Assembly (NCBI RefSeq): GCF_001949145.1
Contig: NW_019091359.1
Location: forward strand, 462,021 to 526,020
Reading direction: 5' to 3'
Source: Acanthaster planci
Taxonomy: Eukaryota
Length of the DNA: 64,000 bases
Under the pieces are notes generated by a model. It saw only the letters and a program-made list of their open reading frames with translations, did no database searches and had not been told where the DNA came from. This document shows, one piece after another, positions 12,623 to 25,300 of the stretch (its first letter is position 1; each line of letters opens with the position of its first letter). Position numbers and translations under genes: made by a program.

Positions 12623-14662
12623 TCTCACCACTCCTCTACTAAGTTACCCGAAGCCGGATCTTTGGCTCGAATTGATATGGTACAGCATCTAGTCAGTATA
12701 ACGAGTTTTTCTCACTATGACCTGAACCCAACACACCGACTGTTCTGAGTGTTACAATCTTGCCTTCTGGCACTTTTGAGCGCAAAATGTTGTCAGTTTG
12801 ACAAACAGAACTTTGCGTCATATGCTTTCAGTCTAGACTGAAGCTAGCGTTTCCCTAAGGCGTAGCGGAGTTGGGCATAATTTTGGTCTGATTTTAAAAT
12901 ATATGTCATATGTCATTTCCTTAATTTCGAGTTATTTTCAATTGTGAAATGTTACCAGTGTGCACTTGCTGGGTTTCTTATTTTGTGGGAGGTTTCCTCA
13001 TTTCATAAGCCATAAATCATATATCTCATTAGCAGTCCTTTTATTGCCTGGTTGATAATAATTCCCCCACGGAAAAAAGTCTGAAAATCTTCCCGATTTT
13101 GTCAATCGTTGGTAGGTCAGTCAAATAGGTCAGTCTAAGAACCTCTCGCTGCCGTTTTTCAAGAATGTTCGGCCGGTCGTCAACTCTCTCCATTGTTGCT
13201 GATACGCGACCTGCACCTATTGATAAGATATCAGATATTGCCAACACATGAAATTCTATTTTAGAAATTGTACTGAGCATCTACATTATATGGAGAGGGA
13301 AATTCCTTTCTCACATGTGGTGTTAATTCAGTTGAATCAGGGATCATTTAATTTGTAGAGCCCAGCAGCTACTGAGCACTTTTCACTCAATCTCCAGACT
13401 TGTCAACGGTGTCAGTCGGACGCAGTACGACTGATAGGAAAAACGGACTGACATTCCCAACCAAGTGAGCTTGTTGCATGGCAAAGTGTCGAATGCGGAA
13501 GTAATCAAATGGTAACTGAGAAAGTAGAACTCTTTGGGATCAGTGTCCTACAGAGGAACGCTATTAAGAAGCACTTACGGGTTACACAAAAACAAGAACT
13601 CAGAAAAATTATCTGCATTTACAATGGCTCTCTGGAGGCCAATAAACATCGCGCTGATTGGTTAAAAATAGTCTTGGGCAGACATACGAGAGCGCTGATA
13701 GGCCAGTTTCACCCGCCGGTGGCGTCGTGACAAAAGGTCACCATCTAGCGGTCTGACAGATCCGAAGCGGAGCGTAACGCAAACTTGTAAGTAAACTCGG
13801 GAATCAAGTCACATGGGAGGAGAACCGGAGCAGTCCAAAGTGAGTGTGTTGTTGAGCGAAGAGGGGAAGAACGAAGCACGGAGAGAGTTGAACTTATGCC
13901 GGAGTCCCCCCCCCTCAGCCTTTTTCTCATTCCAAGGCTAATTGCCGATTATGAAGACGGTGGATGTTGGCCCCCAATAAGGCGCCAAACTTGACAGGGT
14001 GATGACGGAACGCTGTCAGCGCCTAGCCCGACTAGGCACTGATGACGTGCCCAGATACATAGAAGCTTGGTGTACACTACACATACACGCGGTCCCCGGG
14101 CAATATTATGCGCGTATTAATATTGAGGATCATATCTCTGTGTGAGCCCTCAGGATTACGGCCGTCCCCTTGTAATGCTCGCCGAAGTCAACTTCGCAGC
14201 GTGTTTACGTCTAGATACTTACGGGCTTCAAGACCCAAGGGCTGAAAGCTATGGAGGTGGGGTCACTGATGGCCTGGAGGGTGCAGGATGTCAGTGGAGG
14301 TTATTGGAAATGTTACCGTAGGACCGGACCCCCCTTCTCTAATCCACACTCAGCTGGGAATTATGACAAATCCCGGCTAATATCATGGTGTGGGGCGATA
14401 CTATGCAAAGAATAGAGTGTATGTCATGGCATTCAACGGAAACATTGGATTAATTTTTTCAGCGGTATTTCAGATGGCCGTTTTTCTCCCTTAAAGGACT
14501 GCGTCTATTTTACAGCAATTAAACCTCGAACACACAGTATTAAAAACTTTCATTTCTTACGGATCGAAACAAATTTCAAAACACCTGGAAATGAATTCTG
14601 CTTGTTTTTCAAGTTAGTTTTCTTTGTATACGTCAAATTGTTCTTCTTTTGAAGGGCTGGTT

Positions 14663-14871
14663 ATATAGACCGATTCGGCGACAAGAATCAGGAGCCATTA
14701 CTGCGGTGTCCCCACTGCGCGCGTGTACAGATGAGATGCGCATTGAAATGCTTCCTCGATCAGCCAATGGGAGCGCACTGCTAACCAAAATCACGCACGC
14801 GTCAAATTTAGGAATATGCGACTGCGTGACGGGGACACCGCAGTTAATGGCGTCAGCGCATTAGACTATAT
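14663..14871. mobile_element. MITE-like element
   Basis: Inverted repeat GCCATTACTGCGGTGTCCCC (14694-14713) / GGGGACACCGCAGTTAATGGC (14831-14851). Outer ends ATATAGAC...GACTATAT. Confidence 0.65.
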
Positions 14872-17800
14872 GAGCAACTAAAGACAAAAACCAAACGCAA
14901 AATTACATTGTGTTTGTTCAGCGTAACTGCATGGCGTATACACTGTACACTAGTATTCGGCATAACCAGCTCCAGTTTACAAGAAAGCACCAGAAGGGGT
15001 GGAGCTTGTTTTGGGGAGGGCGACTCACTGCCTTTGGTTATGCGGTTTCAAACACGACCTCTTTTTGCCCTATTAAGATTTTGAGTGCTTTAACTTGGTT
15101 GAATAAGTTTGCTTCCATCCAGAATAAGGACATTCTTTGTTTTGTTTTTTTAATTATACGATAATTGGTTGTAGAAATCCTCTCCAACATCTCATCGCAA
15201 CCATGTGATGAGAATCGACCTGCCCGTGTGACACTGCGAGTACGGTGATATCTGTTCCAGATCCCTTCACAAAGAGGCATTTTCCTTAGTAGTAAAAAAG
15301 ATATACTTAACAGGCGGTTTCGGTTATCCCGTGACCCTCTGAGCTTACACTTGAAGATTATTCTCCAAATCTCGAGAGGGGAGAAAGTTGTAGTCTCGTT
15401 AAGGATTTGATGCATTTACTCCCATGAGATACAAGCTAGCCACAAACCGCCTGCCCTTGTCTCCAACTCCCGTGCAATCAACACGTCTCTTATTACACAC
15501 GATCGGGCTCTCTCCCCACCGCGTTTTCACGCTAGTTGCTAATCGTGTCCGAATTACGCGCTCAAAACTCCAGGGAAGGAGTGGTCATGTAGCAGGGACC
15601 ACGTCTTCGGCAAAGTTCAAACGACCGCTGATTGAAGCGATGAATCGTGCGAGCTGGCTTTTTTCTGGGATTTTTTTGTCCAGTTGTCCCCATTTCTGCG
15701 TGAATCTGTGGTCGAGGGTAACCGAAAACCAGGTGACCCATGGTGCTGAGATTTTAATCGGCTTGCCTAGGTTATGAACAGCGGTTGCCGCTGGAAGTTA
15801 TCATCAAAAGTAAATGAAACGTCAGTTGCGCCGAGGGTCCCTAAACAACTAACAAAATCGTAATTGAATCACTGTGTACAAGAAGAGATACCCAACACTC
15901 CGTTTACGTTTGCTGGTTTGTTGACAATCGGGAATCGACACTCGTTCAGGAGGAAAGTGAGTGTTCGGCGTTCACAATCGCCCAACATAATTTACGCTGA
16001 TTTGACCCTAAATCAAAGGGAATCATGTTTTTACCGCTAAAATTTCTAAAACAAATCGTAGATTCTAGATTTCTGTTCAACTTATATTTCGTTCATTTAG
16101 AGACCACCCGTGAAGTGTCAGTAATAAGTCCGTTGCCGGAACAGCACGATGTTCGTGTAGTGAACCCTTATTTGACTTGCGCCCAACTATTCTTTGGGGG
16201 TAGGTTTTTACACTTGGTGACGTAACTGTTTGAAATGTAGTCATAGAAGATAGACTTGTCGGTAGAACGTGCCACTGAGGTACTGGTGATAAGCAAAGTA
16301 CCGGGGTAACTACAAGCTTTAAGCATTTTCCTCAATAACAATAACTAATCCTTTACATAAGTACTTTTTCAGGCACTAAATTCGTGACACCTGTCGCACA
16401 TATTCAATCTGACATGTCAGGCCGCGTTCGAATCGGTTGGCGCGTGGCTTTGGCTTGAAATTACTCACAACTCTATGGGAACTGTCTGCAGCCACTACCA
16501 TAGACTCGTTATTTTAGGGTGCAGGCCATGCATGGTCCCAAAATTATCTGCGCTGGCCAAATCGCAATTTGTAAGATGTCAAATTCTCTCGTATTTGAGC
16601 ATTTTGTGGCCCATGAACGTGAAGATTTGTAGCGAAGAAAGGTGGAGGCTACAAACAGAAATGTCAGCTTGTGTCTGAGTGAATTGTGGATTTTGCTATG
16701 GAGTGTACGCATCATTTGTCAAAATGGCGATGGGCTCCACGACAGATTTTAGGGGTGTTCATTTGTGGATATAAATATCTTTAGAAAAGTCCTCGGATGA
16801 GCCACTAAAATTTAAGGAAAGTGAAAGATGAGGAAATGAACTTTGATTTCATGTGTGTCTTGAACACCTTGGACCTTGTAGGGATTTTTCATTTTTTTCT
16901 TACAGGAACTGGGAAATAGAAATATTTTTATAAATTTTACTAAAACCCCTAGACATTGCCTTTTTGGGTTTAAATTAACCTCAAATTTAAATTTTTGTTT
17001 TGCAAATTTATCCCATGTTTGCATGCTTTATTGGTCTTTATGCTAATACATATTTGCATATTCAGGTCAGAACTATGATGTCATCCAAGGCACTGAATCT
17101 TAATGTTGCACCGATTTGTGCATAGAAAATTTCTAAAGTTTTTTAACCACTGCTATGGCAGATTTCATTTTCTTTGGCAATTTATTGCTGTGTATAAGTA
17201 TATGGCAATAACCCTGCAAAAATCCTTTTCAAAGAAATGTTCCCAGATAGTAAATTTTGGGTTCACAATTTGAACATGGAAACATGCAACCTGAGCCACG
17301 TTTTCCTGGATTTACATCGAAGCAAAAGCGCCCTCACTTGTCCAGAAATGCTAGGTCAACTTTTTAATGTTTGAAAAAGTGCACCGTTCAGTTCACGTAA
17401 CTCAAAAAAGATGTCAAAAAGTCTTTATACATGGAAGAAGAGTACAGAGATACACAAAAAGTGATTCTAAGAACAATTAATTTCCAGGATACTTTAAGTG
17501 GTGGTATTTATCACTGTTATCTCTAGGACTTTATAAAGTCAGGCTGGTCTACACCCTTAGGCTGAAGCCAAGTTTTCAGGGCATGGCGTTCTTTGTGTAG
17601 TAGGCCTATACACATCCATCGTATATAGAAAATCCACCCAACTTTTGATCTTGAACTTCCACGGTTTAGCACTGTTTCAACTTGGGTGGAATCAGTTAGA
17701 CTCCATAGTACAATTTGGTGGGAAAATGATGCAGGGAGAAACTTGGTTGAATTTTGGAGCGGTGTTCATGGCAACTTTATGAAGGGTTCTGAGTGAAATT

Positions 17801-20774
17801 CGTTTAGTATTGAAAATTTCTGGGCTGGGTACTTTCTATGTCGATTCTTACTGGCCTTTAGAGCCGCTCCGATGGATCCCGACGAACGAAATTCACATGC
17901 GCTGCATGTGGGCAGTGAATGAAAGAAGGGGTAGCTGAAACATGAATAATTTCAGTCAAAACTGTAGCCCGAGAATGCTGTGAATGAATCCCAGCATGCA
18001 AAGCGCCCTGTCAGTTTTCAAAGAATTCCCTGTATCATGGCCTTTCTCACGGCAGTGCGGTTGAGGCAGGCCTCACAGTACCGTTTCCCTTTGTGGCAAG
18101 GAGTCCACGGGGAAACCAAACTGACCTCCCAAGGTCTACTCTTGAGAACGGGATTGTACCTCCCTTGAAACAAAGTGCTTATTCTCACCATGATGGACGG
18201 AGGACTCATGTGATGAAGAGAAATTGTAAACAATGGTTCTGAGTGTCTTTTCTAGACAAGGAAATGATCAGATTGAAAATTGCAGTCCGGCTTTCGGTTT
18301 GTTTGTCTATTCTCTGTTTGTTTATTTGTTTTTAGAATTTACTTACTCAGAGGCGTGGGTCAGTTAGGATGAAAATATCTGCTAATTCGAACATAAGTTT
18401 TAACCAGCATCCACGGTTCACCATCTGGCACCCAGAAGTGTGCAATGATTATAGGGTAGGTTAGTGTAAGCACAAAAAGATCGTATTTGTAATATAAATC
18501 AAAAGACCGTACGGGCGAGCACTTGGACCTTGGGGAAGCTTTGCAACGGATAGTTCTTGGACGATGCAAGTAAGCTGGGACACAATGCGATTTCACACGG
18601 CCAGGGACGCAAGCTTAGACTCCTGTCGCTAAAATACGTGAATGGGGAACCCTAAATACTTTGCTTCATTTCACACAATAATGTCCTTCCAGACTTAGAT
18701 TTCGCTCTCAAGCACGTCCTCGGTGAAGACTAACTTTTCCGATCGTTCCACAGACGAGTCACACGCGGGCAGATCACAGGTCCTAATACAGAAGTCTTGA
18801 CGTACAAATCGAGCTTCATAGTCACGTACTAGTCTACAGTCCCACAGTTCTCTTTGTACTTATAGAGGTTCCTTATTTTCCTGGCATTACTGTATTCTAA
18901 CTCTAGGTTTCTGGAAAATTCTAATTACGTAGAAAACGTTTTTTTTAAATCAAGAATACAAAGATCCAGTTATTCACAATGCCCTCTTCTTGGGGTCAAA
19001 TGAGGGCCACATAAAGATGCCATTTATCTGTTTTGTGCTTGATGTACACGTCCATATTATTAACACAATTAACCAGCATTTCCATTCTCGCCAAATCAGC
19101 GGATTCATTTTATCAGTTTAAGAATCAATAAGTCTGCTATTTATCTCGATTTCCAAGTTTCATTCTCCTATCCTCTATTATTTGTTTGCTGATTTATAAT
19201 CCTGTACATGCGTAAGTATTATCCAGAGATGGGTTAAGGAACATCTTTTATGATTAGTTTAGTCAAGACAGGGTTAATTAGGGACCTAGGGGCTCATACG
19301 GTCACCCACTGTAGCCCTCTGCTATGATGCTCACTTCAGACTCCCTCTTTTGCACATTTTCACAACCGAACTCCTCTTCAAGACTAGAGAACCTTCCTGC
19401 ACCCCCCTCCACAAGTCTCAACTCGGCTCTTCTAAGGCTGTCTTGTTAGCCGTGTCACCATGGACCAGACCCACCGTCTGTCATCACCTGCAGGCCACAA
19501 GCAGTCAGGGGCCTAAAATGTGCCTACGCTGGTGTGACACCTTATGTGGCCCTTGTTCCAGGCTTTTTAGAAACATCGGAGGCATTTTACCTAAGCATTT
19601 TTAGACGCGAAGTGGTGTCAGTTTATTGTCACGATCTTTTATGAGACTAGAGTTAATCTAGTTAATGGCCTGTAACTCTAGTTGGCGCTATTCCCGGTAG
19701 AAACTTCCTGTACACTTTACTCACTTGTAAGCTCTTCGTTCCACGTCTATGCTCGGCCGTTCCTAGCGTGTGCATTAATGGTTAATAGAACTGTATTTTG
19801 AGTAATTACAAGATGTGAAGATTTAAATAATATAGTGCTGACGTCTATTCCTTCTTCAATAATAATTGGGGGGGGGGCAACCTCACGGATCGTTACCTGA
19901 TTACCGCAAACTTTTGTGACGATTTACATAGACCATGAATGGCTCACTATAAATCAGCCAAGAGTAAAGTACAGTGCACTTTTGAGCGTGGATGGTTTAG
20001 TTAACATGCCGTAATCGAAAATGAAGGTCTTATGACAGAGCGCAGTGATTCAGAGATGAAGTCGATCATAATACACCCAAACTTCTCCGTAATTTGAGTG
20101 TATTACTTGTGCTTCGTCTCTGGTCAGGAAAGAGGAGAGATTTTTGTTGCTTTTGGGAATGGCTTCACATGTTCAACACCAGGGCTATAGGTGCTTGCAC
20201 TGCCGTATTTTGCTAGTTTTCGAGAATTATGTAGCCAATGGGGACGAGGCAAACCTGTGGGGGTTTTTCACGTAGCTTTACGCAAATATTGCAATTTTGA
20301 AGATCTTTCAAAAAATCTCGAGATAAAAAAAGTTAACGTATTCCTGCCAATTATGTCAAAATTGGGACAGGACGGAAGTTGGGGGTCTTCATATTAAGCC
20401 CCCTCCCCTCGAATGCTCCTCATTGTGAGTAAATGATGCCTCAGCTGTTGACATCGGATGTGACTCAGTTACAACAATCAGCCCAGGAGGTAGAAGACGG
20501 AAAGAGATCTATACACACAGAAGTACCGGTGCACGGGCTTCCCCGTCCTAACCACGCCTTTCACAAGCCCCCATCGTCCATCGAAGTGACATCCACAATC
20601 ACCGGGCTTTCTTTTAGTGGGGACAGTTGGAACATGAGGATATCTCTGGGCCTGTGTCGTGACACTAAGTGGCAAGGTTGTCAGTAAATGATTACAAGGA
20701 TTTGTAGAAAAGCCAAGCTGTTGCGCCACTCGCATCAGAAGTACCGCCTCCGTCTTCTGACTCAGTGGCGGTGT

Positions 20775-21062
20775 TGTTGTTGGTTTTTGTTTCAATGGCG
20801 CTTTCAGCGCTCAACTCAGCTATTTGCGCCAGTAATTGTACGTTTATTCATACACTCTATTATTAATCAGCATCACATTAAGAAGTTAGGAAGAAAGTTC
20901 AGTTTTAGATTTAAGAGGAAACCGGAGTACCCGGAGAAAACCTTCGAGAGCGAGTAAGGACTGGAAACCAAATACACTTAAAGCGTGGACCAAGCCGGGA
21001 CTCGAACTCAGGCCTCATTGGTACAAAGCGAGGAAAGAACCGCTACGCTAACCCGCTCCCCC
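20775..21062 (-). mobile_element. Full-length tRNA-derived SINE
   Basis: Minus strand has an A-box (TAGCGTAGCGG), a B-box (GAGTTCGAGTCC), the central motif GGTTTTCTCCGGGTACTCCGGTTTCCTC and an (AAC)n tail. 12-bp TSD CAG(T/C)GGCGGTGT at 20763-20774 and 21063-21074. Confidence 0.88.
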
Positions 21063-22135
21063 CAGCGGCGGTGTGTCCAACCATGGACCTTTTACGCAGC
21101 TGCACTAAGTGTGAACAAAAACACATCAGAGAATGTAGCTTCCTTTTTAGTTTCCCTGCCGAAAGGCTGCCTGTTAAAGATTGATAATAACATCTCTCGT
21201 AACGGCAACAGGTGGTTATCAGGCTAGTATAAGTACAACTGGTCATGGGCAGGGGCGTATTCATTTGGATGGGGATCCAGTCCATTCTCAGTCGAATTGT
21301 CGGAAGGAGAGCTATAGGTGCACCATCAAACAGTTAAAGATATACATCGTAGACTTGTGCCAAGTCGTTAATTGTACATATGGTTTGGTTTTGTTCTCCA
21401 TGCACACACGTATTTCTGCATTTGCGCAGAGACGTGTTGCCTCGTCTCCAACTTGCGGGTGATCGACGACCAGTCGGAACCAATTATGTTTACTTATCTT
21501 ATATACCGTGCCGACGGATTTCGACGGACGTTGACGGAACAAACAAGACTATCTAACGACTTGCCCTCAAGTCTATAGTGCGGAACATACAGCACCCTTC
21601 CTGACCTTTTGAGTTTGTCACGGTGGTTACCATAACCCTCCCACCTGTGCACTTGAATCCACGCCCCAGGCAGTGTAGGAATCCCTTGTGAGAGGAGAGT
21701 CGAAGGAAAAAGCATTTGACCAATCTTTTTATTTCCTCCAAAAGTTCAAATGCCGGACCCAGAACCGAATATTTGGGAGTAATTATTTTTATCGGGAGGG
21801 CCCAAATGGCTAATTCTATATTTAATTTCTAGGGGTGAGACTTGGGGGGGGGGTCGGAGATTGAATTTTTTTGGAAGGAAAGGAAATGAACTAGTCCAAG
21901 AACAATAACTTCTTTTTGGTCCAGGACATAAATCTTTACAAACATTTTCATTTTCATATTTCTAAGTAATTTTTCGAAAAGTAGTGTTTCAGAAAACGCC
22001 TTGAACTTCCAATGTACTCCGGGCTTCGTACTGTGAGCACAAATTGCGACCGACCTCGCCCTGTTTTTCTTTGTTTCCTGAGAGTTTGGATGTCATCTTA
22101 CAAAGCAGTATTATAGAGACATGGTGAAACAATTC

Positions 22136-22345
22136 TCTCCTTTACCTAACTCGTACGTACGACTTGTTAACTCGTACATTCAACTTAAAAGTCCTGACTC
22201 GTAGCTCGTCTTATATGTCGTATGTACGACTTCTTTGTCGCACGTGAGCTACAATTCACAAGTCGTGCGTTGTGCGAGATATAACTCGTAGGGACGAGAT
22301 AAAAGTCAAGTGCATATGTTCTGCTATACGAGTTAAGCTAGAGGG
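22136..22345. repeat. MITE-like element with internal TCGTA/TACGA subrepeats
   Basis: Termini TAACTCGTA...TACGAGTTA with many internal (C)TCGT/ACGA units. Confidence 0.6.
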
Positions 22346-25300
22346 CTTGAAAAAACACAGCTTCATAATGACACAATTTTGTTAACTTCAGATGGTGAGA
22401 CATCTCACGGCCCCTCCTTTGGCGACGGGGTATCCTCTTTACACATTTTGTTTTTCACCGGACATTCAAACTTGTAAAGACAACCTCTCTAAACCTCCGA
22501 CTAATCATCGACTTTCCGATTGCTTCGGCACACCAGCTTCAACAGTGTACACCGCTATGCTAAAAGTGTTCATGTCAACAATTTCCACGGAATGTGCCCC
22601 CCGATGTGACACACTCAAAGCCTGCCTGCATGCGCCTGGCAATAATGCACACGATTAGGATCTGGCGTTTGGCTGCATGTGGTAACAGTTTACCACCCCA
22701 GAAAAAAAAACGATCAATCAAAATAATTCCTCTGGAGATGAGTGGAACATGAGGGGGAAGAGGAACGGGGGGAAATATGACGAATGCGTCCCTCGCATGT
22801 TGAACGACAGAATATGACAAATGAACCGTTCCAAAAAGCACGATGAAATATGATCGGAAGAGAGGTCAAAATCCGGGCGCTTCCTGACCCAAGTCTCGCC
22901 CAATCAACGTGGCTCACCCGGCCATCAGACGTAATTGAAGTCGACATAGCTCCCGTAACCTCCAGCAAACGAGTGCTGTGAGCTGGACCTGGCCTTAATC
23001 CTAGTAAGAAAAGATAGAAGAGGAACTATACCCATCTTCACATCAAGTATACTCACAATCCTGTCTCAAGCAACATATTCGTTATTAACCATCCACCAGA
23101 GGCCAAGGAAGAAAGAAAGAAATGTTAAACCTTTATCAGGAATCCCGCCAAAAGTCAACCTGACTTACTGGTAATCCAACCGAAGCCTGTGACGTAAACT
23201 CACTCCACCGTTCACTGAGCTGTTTCATCATCGTCACATCAATATGGTCCTGATAATTGAGAAAAGAGATATGATCTCATTCCCTAATTCTGCTACAGGA
23301 AAAATCTTGGTCTGGTTTTTCTCACAATTAGTGCCTTCCCCGTTGTGGTGAACTCGGCACCTTTCAGCATGAAGCACGCAATCACGGCTTCCTTAATTCC
23401 AACGTGGGACAGGTTTACTTGACGGCCCACTCAAAAGGGAGTCATCCTCGGTATTCGTTTTGCGAAGTGATACATTCAGCCCATGTGTACTACGGCATGA
23501 CCCGGGTTAAAATCTAACTTGAGTGGTCATTAAGATTGTAAGTCCTTACAGCTACAAGATCCCAAGATCAGTAATGACAATTACACCAGCTGAAAATCCA
23601 TCAAAATGCTGCTGTAACCATGGACCCAAACCACGCACATATCCTCTCAATGATTAAAGGCCTCATTTCTCCATTACACCACATTGTTAATGAACTTCAT
23701 GAAATATTCATTTTTTGTCTATTGCCAAATTGACTCGTGTCGAAATTCTCAACAAATCGCTTAAAGTAGTTTGAGACTGATTGGCAGTTCTAGACATTTT
23801 CGGGGGGTACTTCCCTTTGGGGTAAGACCCCAGAGATTTGAAAACATTATCAGACTTATGAGTATGAGATGGTATCATCACTGGAGTAATTTTTACGGAT
23901 GAGCTGGTTTCAACGCTTCAGGAAGGGAGCTGTTTTGACGGCTTTTTTCCCCCCTCCTCGCAAAAAGGACATAGCATGACGGCCGCCCCCGAAGACTCGG
24001 GACAGAAAAATAAATCACATATCGGCCCTAGTTCGCAAGTGGGGTTGTTCTTGTCATCTGGACATTATCGGTCTAGTTATCTCCCTTCCTGTCCTAAATG
24101 AGGTCTTTAGGTTAGTTTGATGGATAGTGTTTACAGTTGAACATTGAAGTTTAGGAATGGTTCACATAACGTTCAGCTCCTAAACCTGTTCGTAAAGTAA
24201 TGGTAAGATTCTATTCATTTGCTCAATACAGTTTTAGACGGCACAATTAGTGCACCACCGCTTTCCCTAGACCTTTTGACAATAATGTCTCGTTGACTGG
24301 CTGTAATCAACAGAGGGCGCTTCAAGTACTTTCAATGCTACGGCCCACTTTCAAAGCTGGCTGCAGTTGGATTTGCTCTCCTCTCTTTCCACCTGAATAG
24401 TATTTACTTACGCTATAAACATGTCTCTTTTGAGTATAAGGTGTTCTTGGTAGAACGGTTGGAGAAACATTTCATGTTTCGACCAAAGTGCTCTTAGTCG
24501 TCTTCAATGAAAAACAGTCCTTGATGCAGCTTACGTTATATTTTTTGACAAAATATAACTAGGACGAGGGGAAAAGGAGCACAAACAGGCCAAATTTTAA
24601 CTAATCGACCCCATTCGCCGCACAACTAAACGGTTACTACTCTAAGAGAAGGGTGAGAAACTAAATTATGTTCATAAGTGTTTATTTACAAGACATACAC
24701 AAGAGGATGTTCAAAATGAAATGTGACTGATTTATAACTGTCTGAACTTTATACAAGAGTAAGTTAAACGTACAGCTCCAAATTTGGTTTGAAGGAGGAA
24801 CGAATCAAAATGACAAATTGGTTAAGGCATTAAGTTGTTTAAACAAACTGGTAAATGAAGAAATATATGAACGAGTTAACAAAGCTGTAAATGAATCTGA
24901 AATAAACGAGTGAATGAATTAAGCTATAAAGGAACAAGTAAATGCGTCAAAAATTGCAGGGGTAAAATAATTTATAAAATGAACGACAGTCAAAGGAATA
25001 AACTGAACTGTATAACTACGCCGGATCTGAAATGACGTAAAAAATCATACTGGGACTTACAAATATGTTCAAAATAAATGCTAGTGAAGTAAAGATTTAC
25101 CTCACACTTATTTAATAGAAAACGTTCATTCTATTGGCATTTTACCTGTAGCAGAAAAAGGGGGCAGAATCTAGTATAAAAACTAAAAGGTGAATACAGT
25201 CTCGTAACAATTCACGCTTCTTGCTTTGGTCTCCTATAGGAGGATACGCCGCTCCAACCTGACAGCTCTCAGAAGCGGTCCTACTTTTTGTCCATTTCCT

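Noticed and set aside
19627..19925. Possible solo LTR starting TGTCACG
   Set aside because: No matching CA terminus with a TSD and no second copy in the window.
24780..25090. A-rich degenerate GTAAATG/AACGAGT repeats as an organised array
   Set aside because: Too irregular. This is low-complexity sequence with no repeat-spacer structure, and no CRISPR-like array was seen anywhere in the window.
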